Position numbers and translations under genes: made by a program. From NCBI RefSeq assembly GCF_964213995.1, contig NW_027590140.1, positions 930,001 to 994,000 on the forward strand: a DNA stretch of 64,000 nucleotides, written 5' to 3'. The notes under the pieces are model-generated. The model saw only the letters and a program-made list of their open reading frames with translations, was not told the DNA's origin and searched no databases. The DNA comes from Mustelus asterias (Eukaryota). The first letter of the stretch is position 1; every line of letters starts with the position of its first letter. This document shows positions 12,461-23,956 of the stretch, piece after piece.

Positions 12461-14522
12461 TCAGCACCCGATTTTCCTTCTAGGAAAGGGGTGCCGATAA
12501 AGAGTTACGTTTTCTGAGAAGTGCTATGCTGAGCTGTAAGTTGTTCGGCAGGGAAACCAGTTAGTTAAAATGTGAGAGCAACAATTGTTTTTTTGCCTTG
12601 TACTGCAACAATAATCAACCTGGATTGTTGAATGTCAGGACTCCAGCAATAGAATGAATCTATTCAAAGAAAGTGTCATTATAATGAGATTTATGCATTT
12701 GGATGGACAGAAGGACATTGCGGATATTCTGCTGTGCGGGGAGATGGATCACGACATACGGCTTGTATCTGTGAAGTGCGGTCAGGAGTTTTTCTGTGAC
12801 TTACGGACGATCGTGCTAGTGTACCGTACAATCAGCCAATTTGTGTGAAGTATTGTGGTTACGAAGTCCCCTCTTGGTCTTTGTTGCTGTCTGCATGGCA
12901 GCCTATAATATTTAACAGACACTTCCTATTGATTCTGTTATTTCCTTGAGCCTCTAACCGCAGCCACAGACATAGGTTTATTGATCAGAGAGTGTTGCTA
13001 GATTGGAGAATCGTAACAGACAACGAACGGTTTTTATAAGTTATAAGTTCATGGGCTTGATCTTCAAAACGAGCCCCATGTACAGAGCTCCCACAATCTT
13101 CATTGTCCTCCCTAGAGTTGGTTCATTCTCTGTCACTGCGGACAGTAACACTGGATGTGGCAGAACTGAAAAATAATAAGTGCTAAATGTAAACATTCTT
13201 TTAAATACAAAGCACAGGTTGTGCTGGTACAGAGAACATGTGTTTAAATGAGAGAGTTCACTCTGCGAGGATATTTTCAGTAGGGTGTATCATGTTGTAA
13301 ATGGATCATCAGTTGCTGGATTGAGGGAAGCTGTCGGGTCGAAGGCTCCGGCATTCTGATCCGGCCGAGATCCCGCCAACGCGTTCAGAGTGTTGTTAAA
13401 CATAATCCCGGCAGAATTGAAAAAAAGCATGAAACAATACCTCAGGTAACAGCACATGATCCGGCCTCCCAACTCCTTACAGTTGGGGAAAGGAGGAGGA
13501 CAGTTCCAGTGACAGAAAAACGCTCCCACCATCCCCTCCTCAACAGACTCCGGTGTGCGGGGAATTCAGATCCGGATTACAGATCCAATGAGGCGTTCGA
13601 TATCTTTAGTTCCTTCTTTTAACATGAGTTATTTTCATAACACATAACCAGAGACCGTGGATGCATGAGGAGCATCCAACGATATCGTGGACACTGGATA
13701 AAAGCAAGTCACTGCGGATGCTGCAATCGAACCCAAAAGAGAAAATGCTGGAAAATCTCAGCAGGTCTGGCAGAATCTTAAGGAGAGAAAAGAGCTGAAG
13801 TTTCGAGTCCACGTGATCCTTTGACAAAGATTTGTCAAAGTTCCATTGCAACCGTCAGCACCCGATTTTCCTTCTGGGAAAAAGTAAAGTTTATTTATTA
13901 GTCACAAGTAAGGCTTACATTAACACTGCAATGAAGTTACTGTGAAATTCCCCTAGTCGTCACAGTCCAGCGCCTGTTCGGGTCAATGCGCCTAACCAGC
14001 ACGTCATTCATACTGTGGGAAGAAACCGGAGCACCCGGAGGAAACCCACGCAGACATGGGGAGAAAGTGCAAACTCCACACAGACAGTGACCCAAGCCAG
14101 GAATCGAATCCGCGTTCCCAGCGCTGTGCAGCAACCGTGCTAACCACTGTGTTACCCCGTCCAAGGGTGCCCATAAAGAGTTAAGTTTACTGATGAGTTC
14201 TATGCTAATCTGTAAATTGTTCGGCAGAAAAGCCAGTTAGTTAAAATGTGTGATTAACATTTTTTGACCTGGTGCTGCAACAATGACCAACTTGGATTTT
14301 TGAATGTTAGGACCCCAGCAATAAAAGAAATCTAATCAAATGAAATGGCATTATAATGGGAGTTTTGCATTTGGATGGACAGTGGGACATTGCGGATATT
14401 CTGCTGCGCTGGGAGATGGAACAGAACAGCGGGCTTGTGTCTGTGAAGTGCGGCCAAAGGTTTTTCTATGACTTACGGACGATCATGCTCGTTTACCGTG
14501 CAATCAGTCAATGTGTGTGAAG
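12461..14522 (+). repeat. Local duplication of about 390 bp (12461-12850 vs 13856-14522, second copy split by a SINE)
   Basis: Co-linear match from cagcacccgattttccttc to caatcag..aat.tgtgtgaagt. Confidence 0.8.
13884..14162 (-). mobile_element. HE1-related SINE
   Basis: Reverse-strand tRNA head and core, with tail ...gtgactaataaataaac. Absent from the paralogous duplicate at about 12488. Confidence 0.8.
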
Positions 14523-14857
14523 TGGACACTGCCCTCTACAAAGCAACTCCAAGGGAGATAAAGTGAAACATTGACAAACCGTGGATCAGAACATCCAGTG
14601 CGGTCACGGGAAGAGATTCTGGGTTTGGGAGCTTCGAGGCAGCAACAGCTGCGGAGCTTCAACTGCATCTTCAGACTTCCTGCGACCTTTAAATCCTCAA
14701 ATGTCCTTTTTAGAAGCTGGGCGTGGCCCAAGTTACCGTGGTGAGGGCCTCATCTAAATATTTTGGTCCACTTCTGAGATCCAGTCTCCCAGATCAGTCC
14801 AGCTCTGCTGCCTTCATCTCCCTGTCATATAAACCTTCAGCTCCACGGAGCTGACCG

Positions 14858-15525
14858 ATAGGAATCCTCCTTGTTTTTGCCCTGTGTGTCTATTTAGCCC
14901 ATGAGTACCGATCAAAATAACCAACATTGTGTGGGTGGAAACTAAAGCTCTCCAGTCCATCCCAATTATAGACGCTGTCTGGGCCCCATTGTGTGGTTTG
15001 GTTCTGGTGGTCCATTAAACTCTCTGTGTTTAATTTTCAGGATCTTTCAGTCAGTCAGTGATACAGAGCCCGGCAGCGGTGACCAGGAAGGAGTGTCAGT
15101 CTCTCACCATCACCTGCATTTTCCATGGTATCGTTATAACTTCGGAAATGGACACTTCTTCGGACAAACTCAGACCGGGACAGGGTGGGAACGGATCTCC
15201 AGGGGAGGGACATTTGTTGTGTCTGTGAATAAAGCAGAAGAGGCATTTTCATTGGAAATTCAGGATGTGAAAATTGTACACACCGCCACCTATGATTGGA
15301 ATGATTGATTGCATTTGCAAACGGTCACAAAAGATGTGCCCCTTTTCAAGACAGCTGGAAACAGGAACCAATGTAGTTGTTGTTTAACTCAAGACCCCAC
15401 AATCCCAGCAGTTCCCAATGGTAGGTGCAAGGGTGGTGCAGAATTTATACTGACTTGTAGCACTGTGTTACTCGGATATTCACAGCGGGAGAGACCTTAG
15501 CAAAGCTCAGTAGTGGTACAACACA
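14858..15525 (+). pseudogene. NAR-TCR-like (IgNAR-type) V pseudogene: leader 14858-14900, V exon 15041-15525 with a 202-bp insertion
   Basis: Paralogue of the V at 27716. ATG->ATA, donor GT->AT, frameshift after ITCIFHG, and insertion in the YYC Cys codon (15299-15500). The FR1 Cys (KECQSL) is kept. Confidence 0.88.
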
Positions 15526-15564
15526 CAAAGTGATGCGTCTCAGCTTCCCGCTATAACAAAACAC
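15526..15564 (+). other. Degenerate 23-spacer RSS of the NAR-type V pseudogene
   Basis: caaagtg + 23 nt + acaaaacac. Confidence 0.65.
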
Positions 15565-16292
15565 TCACTGCAGATTCTCACAGAAACAAATTAAAGAGAG
15601 AATTGAATCTGCCCTGTAACACATACACTTCCGAACCAAACCGTCTGTTCCGCACTCTAGTTCAGAACGAGACTGAATTATTACTGTTAACATCCCAAGT
15701 TTTATAAATGCCGAGTGTGTGCGGATGGTGTGATCATTCCCGGGATTGGTTTCAGTGAATGGAGATAGGGAATGATTGATTGCATTTGCAAACGGTCACA
15801 AAAGATCTGACCCTGGTCTAAAACAGCTGGAAACAGGAACCACAGTAGCTGTTGTTCAACTCAAGACCCCACAATCCCAGCAGGTACCCAATGGTAAGCG
15901 CGAGGATGTGGCGGAATTTATACTGACTTGAAGCACTGTTACTGGGATATTCACAGTGGGAGAGACCTCAAGCAAATTTGAATAAAAATTAAATAACAAT
16001 TCTCCGGGCCGGATAGTGAATAATTGGGCTCATGTTAGTATCGCTGTTACTGGTTTCATGCCGTTTAATTCCAACCACTCATAGCTTTCTTTGTCATATA
16101 TTTTTTTCGATTTATATGAGGCGAATGTTTCCCATCTGGGGTTATTCACGAAGAGCTCAGGGCATAACAAAGAACAGTTGGAACCAAAGGAGACTTCGAA
16201 ACGTTGAATATTGTTTATTTATTTAAACCCCCCGAGTAAATGTATCGTTCTGACTGTATGGTGGAAATTGTTTGGCAGTTTGAATTGTCGCT

Positions 16293-16371
16293 GGTTCTTG
16301 TACGGAGCGGTGTCACTGTGGTACTATTATGATCCAAGATGGATCCGGGACGGAGGTGACAGTCACAGCCG
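16293..16371 (+). other. NAR-TCR-like J segment (16321-16371) with a 12-spacer RSS (16293-16320)
   Basis: ggttcttgt + 12 nt + cactgtg, then TIMIQDGSGTEVTVTA+G|gtaagt. Confidence 0.88.
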
Positions 16372-17520
16372 GTAAGTGACTCCAAACACCGCCGTGTTCC
16401 GGATTCTCCCGGTTCATGTTCACAGTCAGATTATTATTGGAATCTGAATCACTTCAATTCCATTGGAACCAAAACGAAACTGCTTCCTGCGGAATCTTTT
16501 CCATTGCAGATTTCGATTTCGGCGCAGGATACGTTTCTGGAGACGGGCCCAGTTCTGTCCTAGGAAACGCTTATGTGTCGCCTGACGGAATAGGGTCGGT
16601 GTAGTGGGAGATGGGGGTGGGTATTGGCGTTGGTTGACAGCATCTGGACCATTGTTGGTTTAACGTGCAGATGTGGGATACAAACATTGACATGGGCTTT
16701 CACATATTTAATCGCTTTTACTGAGCAGATTGTCGACACTCAAGACTCCACTATTCGTGTTAACTGCAAGGGAAGGCACTGAGAAATCTCTGAGAAATAC
16801 TGCGTGCATTGGTGATCATTTTCCAAAATTCGATTGACTCTGGAGCAGTTCCTACAGATTTAAGGGAGGGAGAGAGAAAAGGAATAATTACAGAGCATTT
16901 AGCCTGACATCAGTGGCGGGGAAGATACAGGTCTATTATAAAAGTCGTGAAAACAGAACATTTGAAAAGAATTAACGTAATTGGAAAAAAAACATGGAAC
17001 TATGAGAGGCAAGTCATGCTTAGCAAATCTCCTGGAGTTTTCTGGACGATGGAACTTGTAAAATAGAAAGGGAGAACGAGTAGATGTAGTGTAGATGCAG
17101 TTTCAGAAGCTTTTGATAAGATCTGCTAAAGAGGTTAGTGGACAAATTTAAAGTATATGTGAGAAGTGGTACTGTATTGGCATGGGTAGAGAGTTGGTTG
17201 ATGGACGGGAAACAGAGAGTGGGAATAAATGTGTGTTTTTCTGAGTGGCAGGCAGCGAATTTTGGGATACCGCACGGACCAGTGGTTGGAGCAAAACATA
17301 AACATGATCTGGATGAGGGGAACAAAAGTAAAACTTCCAAATTTGTTGACGACACAAAAATTGGTGGAATTGTGAGTTGTGTGAAGGATGGAATGAAGTT
17401 TCAAAGAGATTTAAACAACATGAGGGAATTGCCAAACACATGGCTAAATGTGAAGTTATACCACTCAGTGTCAAAAAAGAGGAAAAGTATTATTTGAACG
17501 ATGATATTGGGAGGAATGGA

Positions 17521-17845
17521 GGGGCGGCACGGTAGCACAGTGGTTAGCACTGCTGCTTCACAGCTCCAGGGTCCCGGGTTCGATTCCCGGCTCGGGTCAC
17601 TGTCTATGTGGAGTTTGCACATTCTCCTCGTGTCTGCGTGGGTTTCCTCCGGGTGCTCCGGTTTCCTCCCACAGTCCAAAGATGTGCGGGTTTGGTTGAT
17701 TGGCCAGGTTAAAAATTGCCCCTTAGAGTCCTGAGATGCGTGGATTAGTGGGTAAATATGTGGGGGTAGGGCCTGGGTGGGATTGTGGTCGGTACAGACT
17801 CGATGGGCCGAATGGCCTCCTTCTGCACTGTAGGGATTCTATGAT
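17521..17845 (+). mobile_element. HE1-like SINE, well conserved
   Basis: gggcggcacggtagcacagtggttagcactgctg...gggttcgattccc...gggccgaatggcctccttctgcactgtagggattctatga. Confidence 0.85.
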
Positions 17846-18144
17846 ATACAAAGGGATCTCCAACACCAATCAGTGAAAGTAGTGAAGCGGGCACACCAAG
17901 CAATTGGAAAAACAAATATTATGTTGGTCTTCATTGCAAGAGGATTTGAACTCATAAGTAGGGACGTTTTAATAGCGGCCCTTGTTGAGTCCACACCTGG
18001 ATTATTGGGTGTAGATTTCGTCTCACTCGGTAAGAAAGGACATACTTGCTATAGAGGGAGTACAGTGGATGTTCACTCGGCTTGGTTGGTGGGACTGACC
18101 GATGAGAGATTGGTTGGACTGGGCTTGTAATTACTGGAATTTAC

Positions 18145-19735
18145 AAAGAACAAAGAACAATACAGCACAGGAACAGGCCCTTCGGCCCTCCAAGCCCACG
18201 CCGCTCCATGGTCCAAACTAGACGTTCTTTTGTATCCCTCCATTCCCACTCCGTTCATATGGCTATCTAGATAAGTCTTAAACGTTCCCAGTGTCTCTGT
18301 CTCCGCCTCCACCATCTTGCCCGGCAGCGCATTCCAGGCCTCCACCACCCTCTGCGTAAAATACCTCCTTCTGATATTCGTGTTAAACCTCCCGCCCCTC
18401 ATTGTGAACCTATGAACCCTCGTGAACGTCACCACCGACCTACGAAAAAGCTTCCCAGCGTTCACCCTATCTATGCCTTTCATAATTTTATACACCTCTA
18501 TTAGGTCACCCCTCATCCTCCGTCTTTCCAGTGAGAACAACCCCAGTTTACCCAATCTCTCCTCATAACTAATCCCTTCCATACCAGGCAACATCCTGGT
18601 AAACCTCCTCTGCACTCTCTCTAAAGCCTCCACGTCCTTCGGGTAGTGTGGCGACCAGAACTGGGTGCAGTATTCCAAATGCGGCCGAACCAACGTTCTA
18701 TACAACCGCAGCATCAGACCCCAACTTTTATACTCTATGCCACGTCCAATAACGGCAAGCATGCCATATGCCTTCTTCACCACCTTCTCCACCTATGACG
18801 TCACCTTCAAGTATCTGTGGACTTGCACACCCAGGTCCCTCTGCGTATCTACACACTTTATGGTTCTGCCATTTATCGTATAGCTTCCCCGTACGTTAGT
18901 TCTACCAAAATGCATCACTTCGCATTGAACTGGATAGAACTCCATCTGCCATTTCTTTGCCCAAATTTCCAGCCTATCTTTATCCTTCTGTAGCCTCTGA
19001 AAATGTTCCTCACTATCTGCAAGTCCAGCCATTTTCGTGTCGTCCGCAAACTTACTGATCACCCCAGTTACACCTTCTTCCAGATCGTTTATATAAATCA
19101 CAAACAGCAGGGGTCCCAATACAGAGCCCTGCGGAACACCACTAGTCACAGGCATCGAGCCGGAATAAGACCCTTCCACTACCACCCTCTGTCTTCTGTG
19201 ACCAAGCCAGTTCTCCACCCATCTAGGCACCTCCCACTTTATCCCATGAGATCCAACATTTTGCGCCAACCTACCATGAGGGACTTTATCAAATGCCTTA
19301 CTAAAGTCTATATAGACGACATCCATGGCCCTTCCCTCGTCAACCATTCTAGTCACTTCTTCAACAATCTCCACCAGGTTAGTGAGGCATGACCTCCCTC
19401 TCACAAAACCATGCTGACTATTCTTAATGAGTTTATTCCTTTCTAAATGCGCATACATCCTATCTCTAAGAATCCTCTCCAACAACTTCCTTCCCACGGA
19501 CGTCAAGCTCACCGGCCTATAATTTCCCGGGTTATCCTTCCTACCCTTCTTAAATAACGGGACCACATTAGCTATCCTCCAATCCTCTGTGACCTCACCT
19601 GTGTCCAGTGACGAGACAAATATTTGCGTCAGAGGCCCAGCGATTTCATCTCTCGTCTCCCTGAGCAGCCTTGGATAGATTCCATCAGGCTCTGGGGATT
19701 TGTCAGTCTTTATATTCCCTAAAAAACCTAACGCT
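18145..19735 (-). mobile_element. CR1 LINE, 5'-truncated RT with one stop
   Basis: ORFs 18793-19566 and 18073-18792: PGNYRPVSLTSV, DFSKAFDKVPH, GVPQGSVLGPLLF, FADDTK, LVRPHLEYC. Confidence 0.92.
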
Positions 19736-22502
19736 CCCTGTTAGAAGGATGAGAGAAGATCTGATTGAAACGTATAGCATTCATAGAGTGCTGGACAGCT
19801 TAGATGCAGGAAGGATATTTTCCCCGGTTGGGACCTCGAGAAGCAGGGGGTGCAGTATCAGGATATGGGATCCTGATTTAGGACCGAGTTGAGAAAAATT
19901 TTCTTCACTCCAAGGGTCGTGTACCTCCAGAAATCAGCTACTACAGAAGGCTGTGGAGGAAAAAGTCACTTAATGTATTGTAGAAGGAAATCGATTTTTC
20001 TTTTTAGATTTTAATGACACCAAGGGTTTTTGGAAAAGGAAGAATATGGCACTGAGGTCCTGGATCAGCCATGACCGCATTGAATGGAAGTGCAGGCTCG
20101 AAGCAAGGCAGCAGATTCGCCAAGCTCACGCCTGGGCAGCAGTTTGTAATCCGAGTAATGCAATTTGAAAGAGGTATGGGTGAATAACCTGAACACGACT
20201 GCGGCCATTTTGGGTAACAACAGCCGCTACTTCAATACGTGACCCAGATCAAACCTGACACAACAGGCTTCAGATTCATAAATATTCGGAAACTTGTGGT
20301 TGAAATTAGTGAGATTTTACCAGTCATGTATTTAAATCTTCTTCACATAACCAATCGCTTTGCTCTTTTTATTCGCTGTCAGACCGATATGTGAAAGCTT
20401 GGAACTGAATACATTCCTCTATATTGAGTGTAAATGTTTGAGATGAGGGATTGCTGTAATTATGTATATCGCTGATTGCTGTTAAGTGAAACAACACAGT
20501 GCTGTTCGAGTCTTAGGAAGATGCCTTAATCCTATGAAGCGAAGCGCGAACATGAATGAACAATTATAAACGGGGAGAATGTTTACTTAAAAGCAGCAAT
20601 AAATAATTGTTGCAAAAGGGGAGAACGATTGAATGATCTGCATTCACACCTGGGTAATGCGCGAGGCTGAGCAGAACATACCTCAAATGAGCCCCAATGT
20701 GCAAAGTTTTAGTCTATAAATTAAGTCAGGCTCGACATGATGTGAAGGGACTGCAATTAATGTTCACCAGATTCATTCCTGAAATGGTGGGCATTCCCTG
20801 AAGATAGGAGTCTGTATCGAATGGTCACAGTTACATAACATGTGGATCAGACATTAGGGATAAGAGGAAAATACCTTTCTTCAGTCAAAAGATTGTTATA
20901 AATCTGTGGCACACAATATCTCACAGATATTGGACACTCAGTTGTTGAGTGTATTCAAGGCAGTGCGCGATGGATTAATGGATACTGTAAGGTCACGGTG
21001 TGGGAATGTGATGTTCAAGTAAGAGATCAGCCACAATACTGCTGGGTGAGGAGCAGGTATTAATGTTTGTGTGGACACCCCTGCTTGTTGTCAGCTTTGA
21101 TAATTTACATGTCTGAGGAAATATATCAGCAATTATCCATGTCTCTCTGGAGCGGTTGAACTCGTTGGGTGCCTTTTCTGTGGAAAACAAAAACCCATGA
21201 GGGGAATTCACAGAATATCTTTTAAATTATGAACAGGTTCAAGTTATGAACGGGTTTTGCACGTGGCGAAATTATTTATTTCTGGGTGAATGTAGAGCAA
21301 TAGGCCATCAATATGTGATCCTGACTATCAGAAAAATATAGATATTCAGAAAAATAAATTTAAACCAAGACACGTAAGAATCTGTAATTTGATGCCAATG
21401 AGAGAATTTGGAGCAGAAAATATTGATATATTCGTGGGAAGTCCTGGTAATACAGGAAGAGGGTAAAATAGATTGACAAATGGTGGAATGTCTTTCGGAT
21501 CGAGAGATTGTCCTGGACTAGGTACACAGCCATATACCAGGTGGGTCAAATGGTCTGTTCCTCTTATACCGTTTCTGTAGCATGTAAACTGGGAGACAAC
21601 TCTGCACAGAGAATCCGGTGGAAAATTAGTTAATGGGCAAAAATAATTGAAATTGTCAGGGAGCCGGAAGAGGCAGTTCCCAGTGAGTAGCTGTAAAACC
21701 ACTGTGAACAGACTGAACACAACCAACAAGTGAAAGGCTTTGGGACAAGTTCCCACGTTTGCAAGAAACCCAAAGGAAATGCCAAATTAAATAAATTGAA
21801 TAAATTAATCATTTCAAATTGGAGAGACAGGAGAAATTTGGATATAATTGAAAACGAGGCAGAAAGAGCAAAAACAGATATAAACTGCCGGAAAATGTTA
21901 AAATGAAATAAATGTTTGACACTTGAACACTGATGTTCATCAATTGGTGCTGATGAACCTACCTGCTTTATTTTGCGTCTTGCTGCGCGCACCAATAAAA
22001 CGCAGTTGGCTTGCTCTCAATGAATCATTTTTGGAAACTGATCACCTCACTGACTTTGTGTTCCTTCGAGTTTGTCTCTCACCAAGGAAATAAGAAATAG
22101 TAACGGAATAATATCATACAATCATACTGTTGGGAAGGAAGATATTCGGCCCCTCGGGTAGGTGCTGTCACTTTAAATGTGCAAGCCAAGAGTTCCCACG
22201 CCACCTATACTTTCCCCCATAGCCCGACAGCTTTCGCTGTTGTAACACAACTCCATTATAGGTTTGACAGTTACAAAAAAAATCTGTTTCCACAACCAAT
22301 TCTGACCTTGATTTCCAGATCGGAAACATTCGCTATGCAAATTGATAATACCACTTTATTCCCCATTTCGTCATATTTGATATTTCAATCATAGTGAATC
22401 TGGTTCGATCAGGCTTGAAGTCAGGGAAAAAAAAGGTATGTTCACTCAATGGTCAATTTCAGTGAGGAAAACAAACAAATAATGTTCATCCTTCCCTTCC
22501 AG

Positions 22503-22807
22503 CTTCCAGCTCCCTCACGTCCTAGAGTCTGGCGCTCCAAATCTCTGTTGCCGGTGAGACGGTTACTTTGCGTGTGAATATTCAGGAATCTGTCAGTACA
22601 CAGTACACTGGTACAGTCAATACCCAGGGCAGGCTCCGAAATATCTGCTTCAGACACACACTTCAGGAGGGGACAATGAAGAAAAGACTGCCGGGGGGAG
22701 AATTTCTGCTTCCGTCGATTCTGCCGAGACAATCACCCAGTTAAAGATCTCCAAACTACAACTGAGCGACTCCGCTCTGTATTACTGTGCACTGACTCGG
22801 CGCACAG
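22503..22807 (+). pseudogene. Supporting TCR Vdelta pseudogene (partner of the plus-strand NAR-TCR cassette)
   Basis: Acceptor cccttccag|CT, a stop and frameshift in FR1, then CEYSGICQYTVHWYSQYPGQAPKYLLQTHTSG...LQLSDSALYYCALTR. No leader exon seen. Confidence 0.88.
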
Positions 22808-22907
22808 CATAATGACACAGAAGAAGTAGAGAGCTGTATAAAAACATATACATGGTGAGGATTACAGACACCGTCTTGCAGAACACGGAGAGAGCTGTAC
22901 AACAACC
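22808..22907 (+). other. Tandem pair of 23-RSS (22808-22846 and 22869-22907)
   Basis: cataatg-23-ataaaaaca and caccgtc-23-acaacaacc, with a 61-bp period. Confidence 0.7.
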
Positions 22908-23199
22908 TGAACATGGTGAGAATTACAGATGAAAGCGAAAATGATGGAAAATCTCAGCAAGTCTGGCGTCATCTATAAGGAGAGAAAAGAGTTCTCGTTT
23001 CGAGTCCAGATGACTCTTTGACAAAGCTGGTACCTGTAATCCTGGAAGTTACATGCGGGATGGAACTTGAGTTGAAATCCACATGGGGCAAGTCAGAGAC
23101 GAAGACAGTCACTGAGCAAGGAAATGTGGCTGTGGAAGCGAGTCTTGGTGAATAATTTGTCCAACACTAAGAGAGAAATGGGAAGCAGAGAAGGTGGAT

Positions 23200-23292
23200 G
23201 AGGCGGGAGGTGGGGGGAAAGAGGGGGAGGGGAAAGAGCGGGGGGGGGGGGGGGTAGCGGGGTGGGGGGATGGTGGTGGGGGGGAAGGGAGA
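23200..23292 (+). repeat. G-rich low-complexity tract (potential G-quadruplex)
   Basis: Many G3-G16 runs. Confidence 0.6.
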
Positions 23293-23362
23293 TGGAGAGA
23301 GACATATGGAAATACCTTATCATAGTGAAGAGTACAAGAATCAGTAACCCTCGCCATGTTTA

Positions 23363-23462
23363 GGTTTCTGTGCACCTCTCTCCGTGTTCTGTATCACTGT
23401 GTCTGCAATCCTCACCATGTTCAGGTTTCTGTACAGCTCTCTCCGTGTTCTGTGTCATTGTG
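23363..23462 (-). other. Tandem pair of 23-RSS (23462-23424 and 23401-23363)
   Basis: cacaatg-23-acagaaacc and cacagtg-23-acagaaacc, with a 61-bp period. Confidence 0.88.
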
Positions 23463-23768
23463 CTGTCAGACGACTCACTGCACAGTAATAAACAGCGGAG
23501 TCGCTCAGTTGTAGTTTGGTGATCTCTAACCGGCTGAATTTGACTGAAGAACGCATATAAACAGAAATTCTGCCCCCGGCAGCGTTTTCGTTACTCTCCT
23601 CTCCTGATGTGTGTGTCTGAAGCATGTATTTCGGAGCCTGTCCTGGGGACTGACGATACCAGTGTACTGTGTACTGACAAATTCCTGAATATTCACAGAT
23701 TAGAGTAACCGTGTCATCTGCAGCACAGGTTTGGGGCAGTGAACTTGGTGACACAGATGAGCTGGAAT
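23463..23768 (-). CDS. Supporting TCR Vdelta segment of the NAR-TCR cassette, open frame
   Basis: Acceptor tcctgcag|AT is in phase with the J donor at 26794. Reads SSSSVSPSSLPQTCAADDTVTLICEYSGICQYTVHWYRQSPGQAPKY...LQLSDSAVYYCAVSRLT, with the CDR1 Cys typical of NAR-TCR supporting V. Confidence 0.9.
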
Positions 23769-23910
23769 CTGCAGGATAGAAATAAAATGGATTGTTTTTT
23801 TGTTAGCCACTGTCGGCATTCTGTGAATTTGTTTCAAATTGCATTGATTATTGGAAATGGACAAGCGTAGCAGATCTTCAGTTTTTATTTTCACCGATAA
23901 TAGCACTCAC

Positions 23911-23956
23911 GTGAAGTGCACTGCGGAAGGGGCAGTGCTGAGAGAAGACTTAACAT
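23911..23956 (-). other. Putative (vestigial) leader exon for the supporting Vdelta
   Basis: ATG..MLSLLSALPLPQCTS+C|gtgagt, phase 1, with a 142-bp intron to the V acceptor. Confidence 0.55.

Larger units (their letters stand above)
16790..20100 (+). mobile_element. Old degraded CR1 LINE carrying nested SINE and CR1 insertions
   Basis: WVESWLMDGKQRVGIN, SKFVDDTKIGG and RRMREDLIETY fragments at 16790-17500, 17845-18130 and 19735-20100. Confidence 0.7.

Noticed and set aside
15690-15750. Intact D segment in the plus NAR cassette
   Set aside because: No 5' RSS with correct spacing could be found. Only a decayed 3' heptamer and spacer remain.
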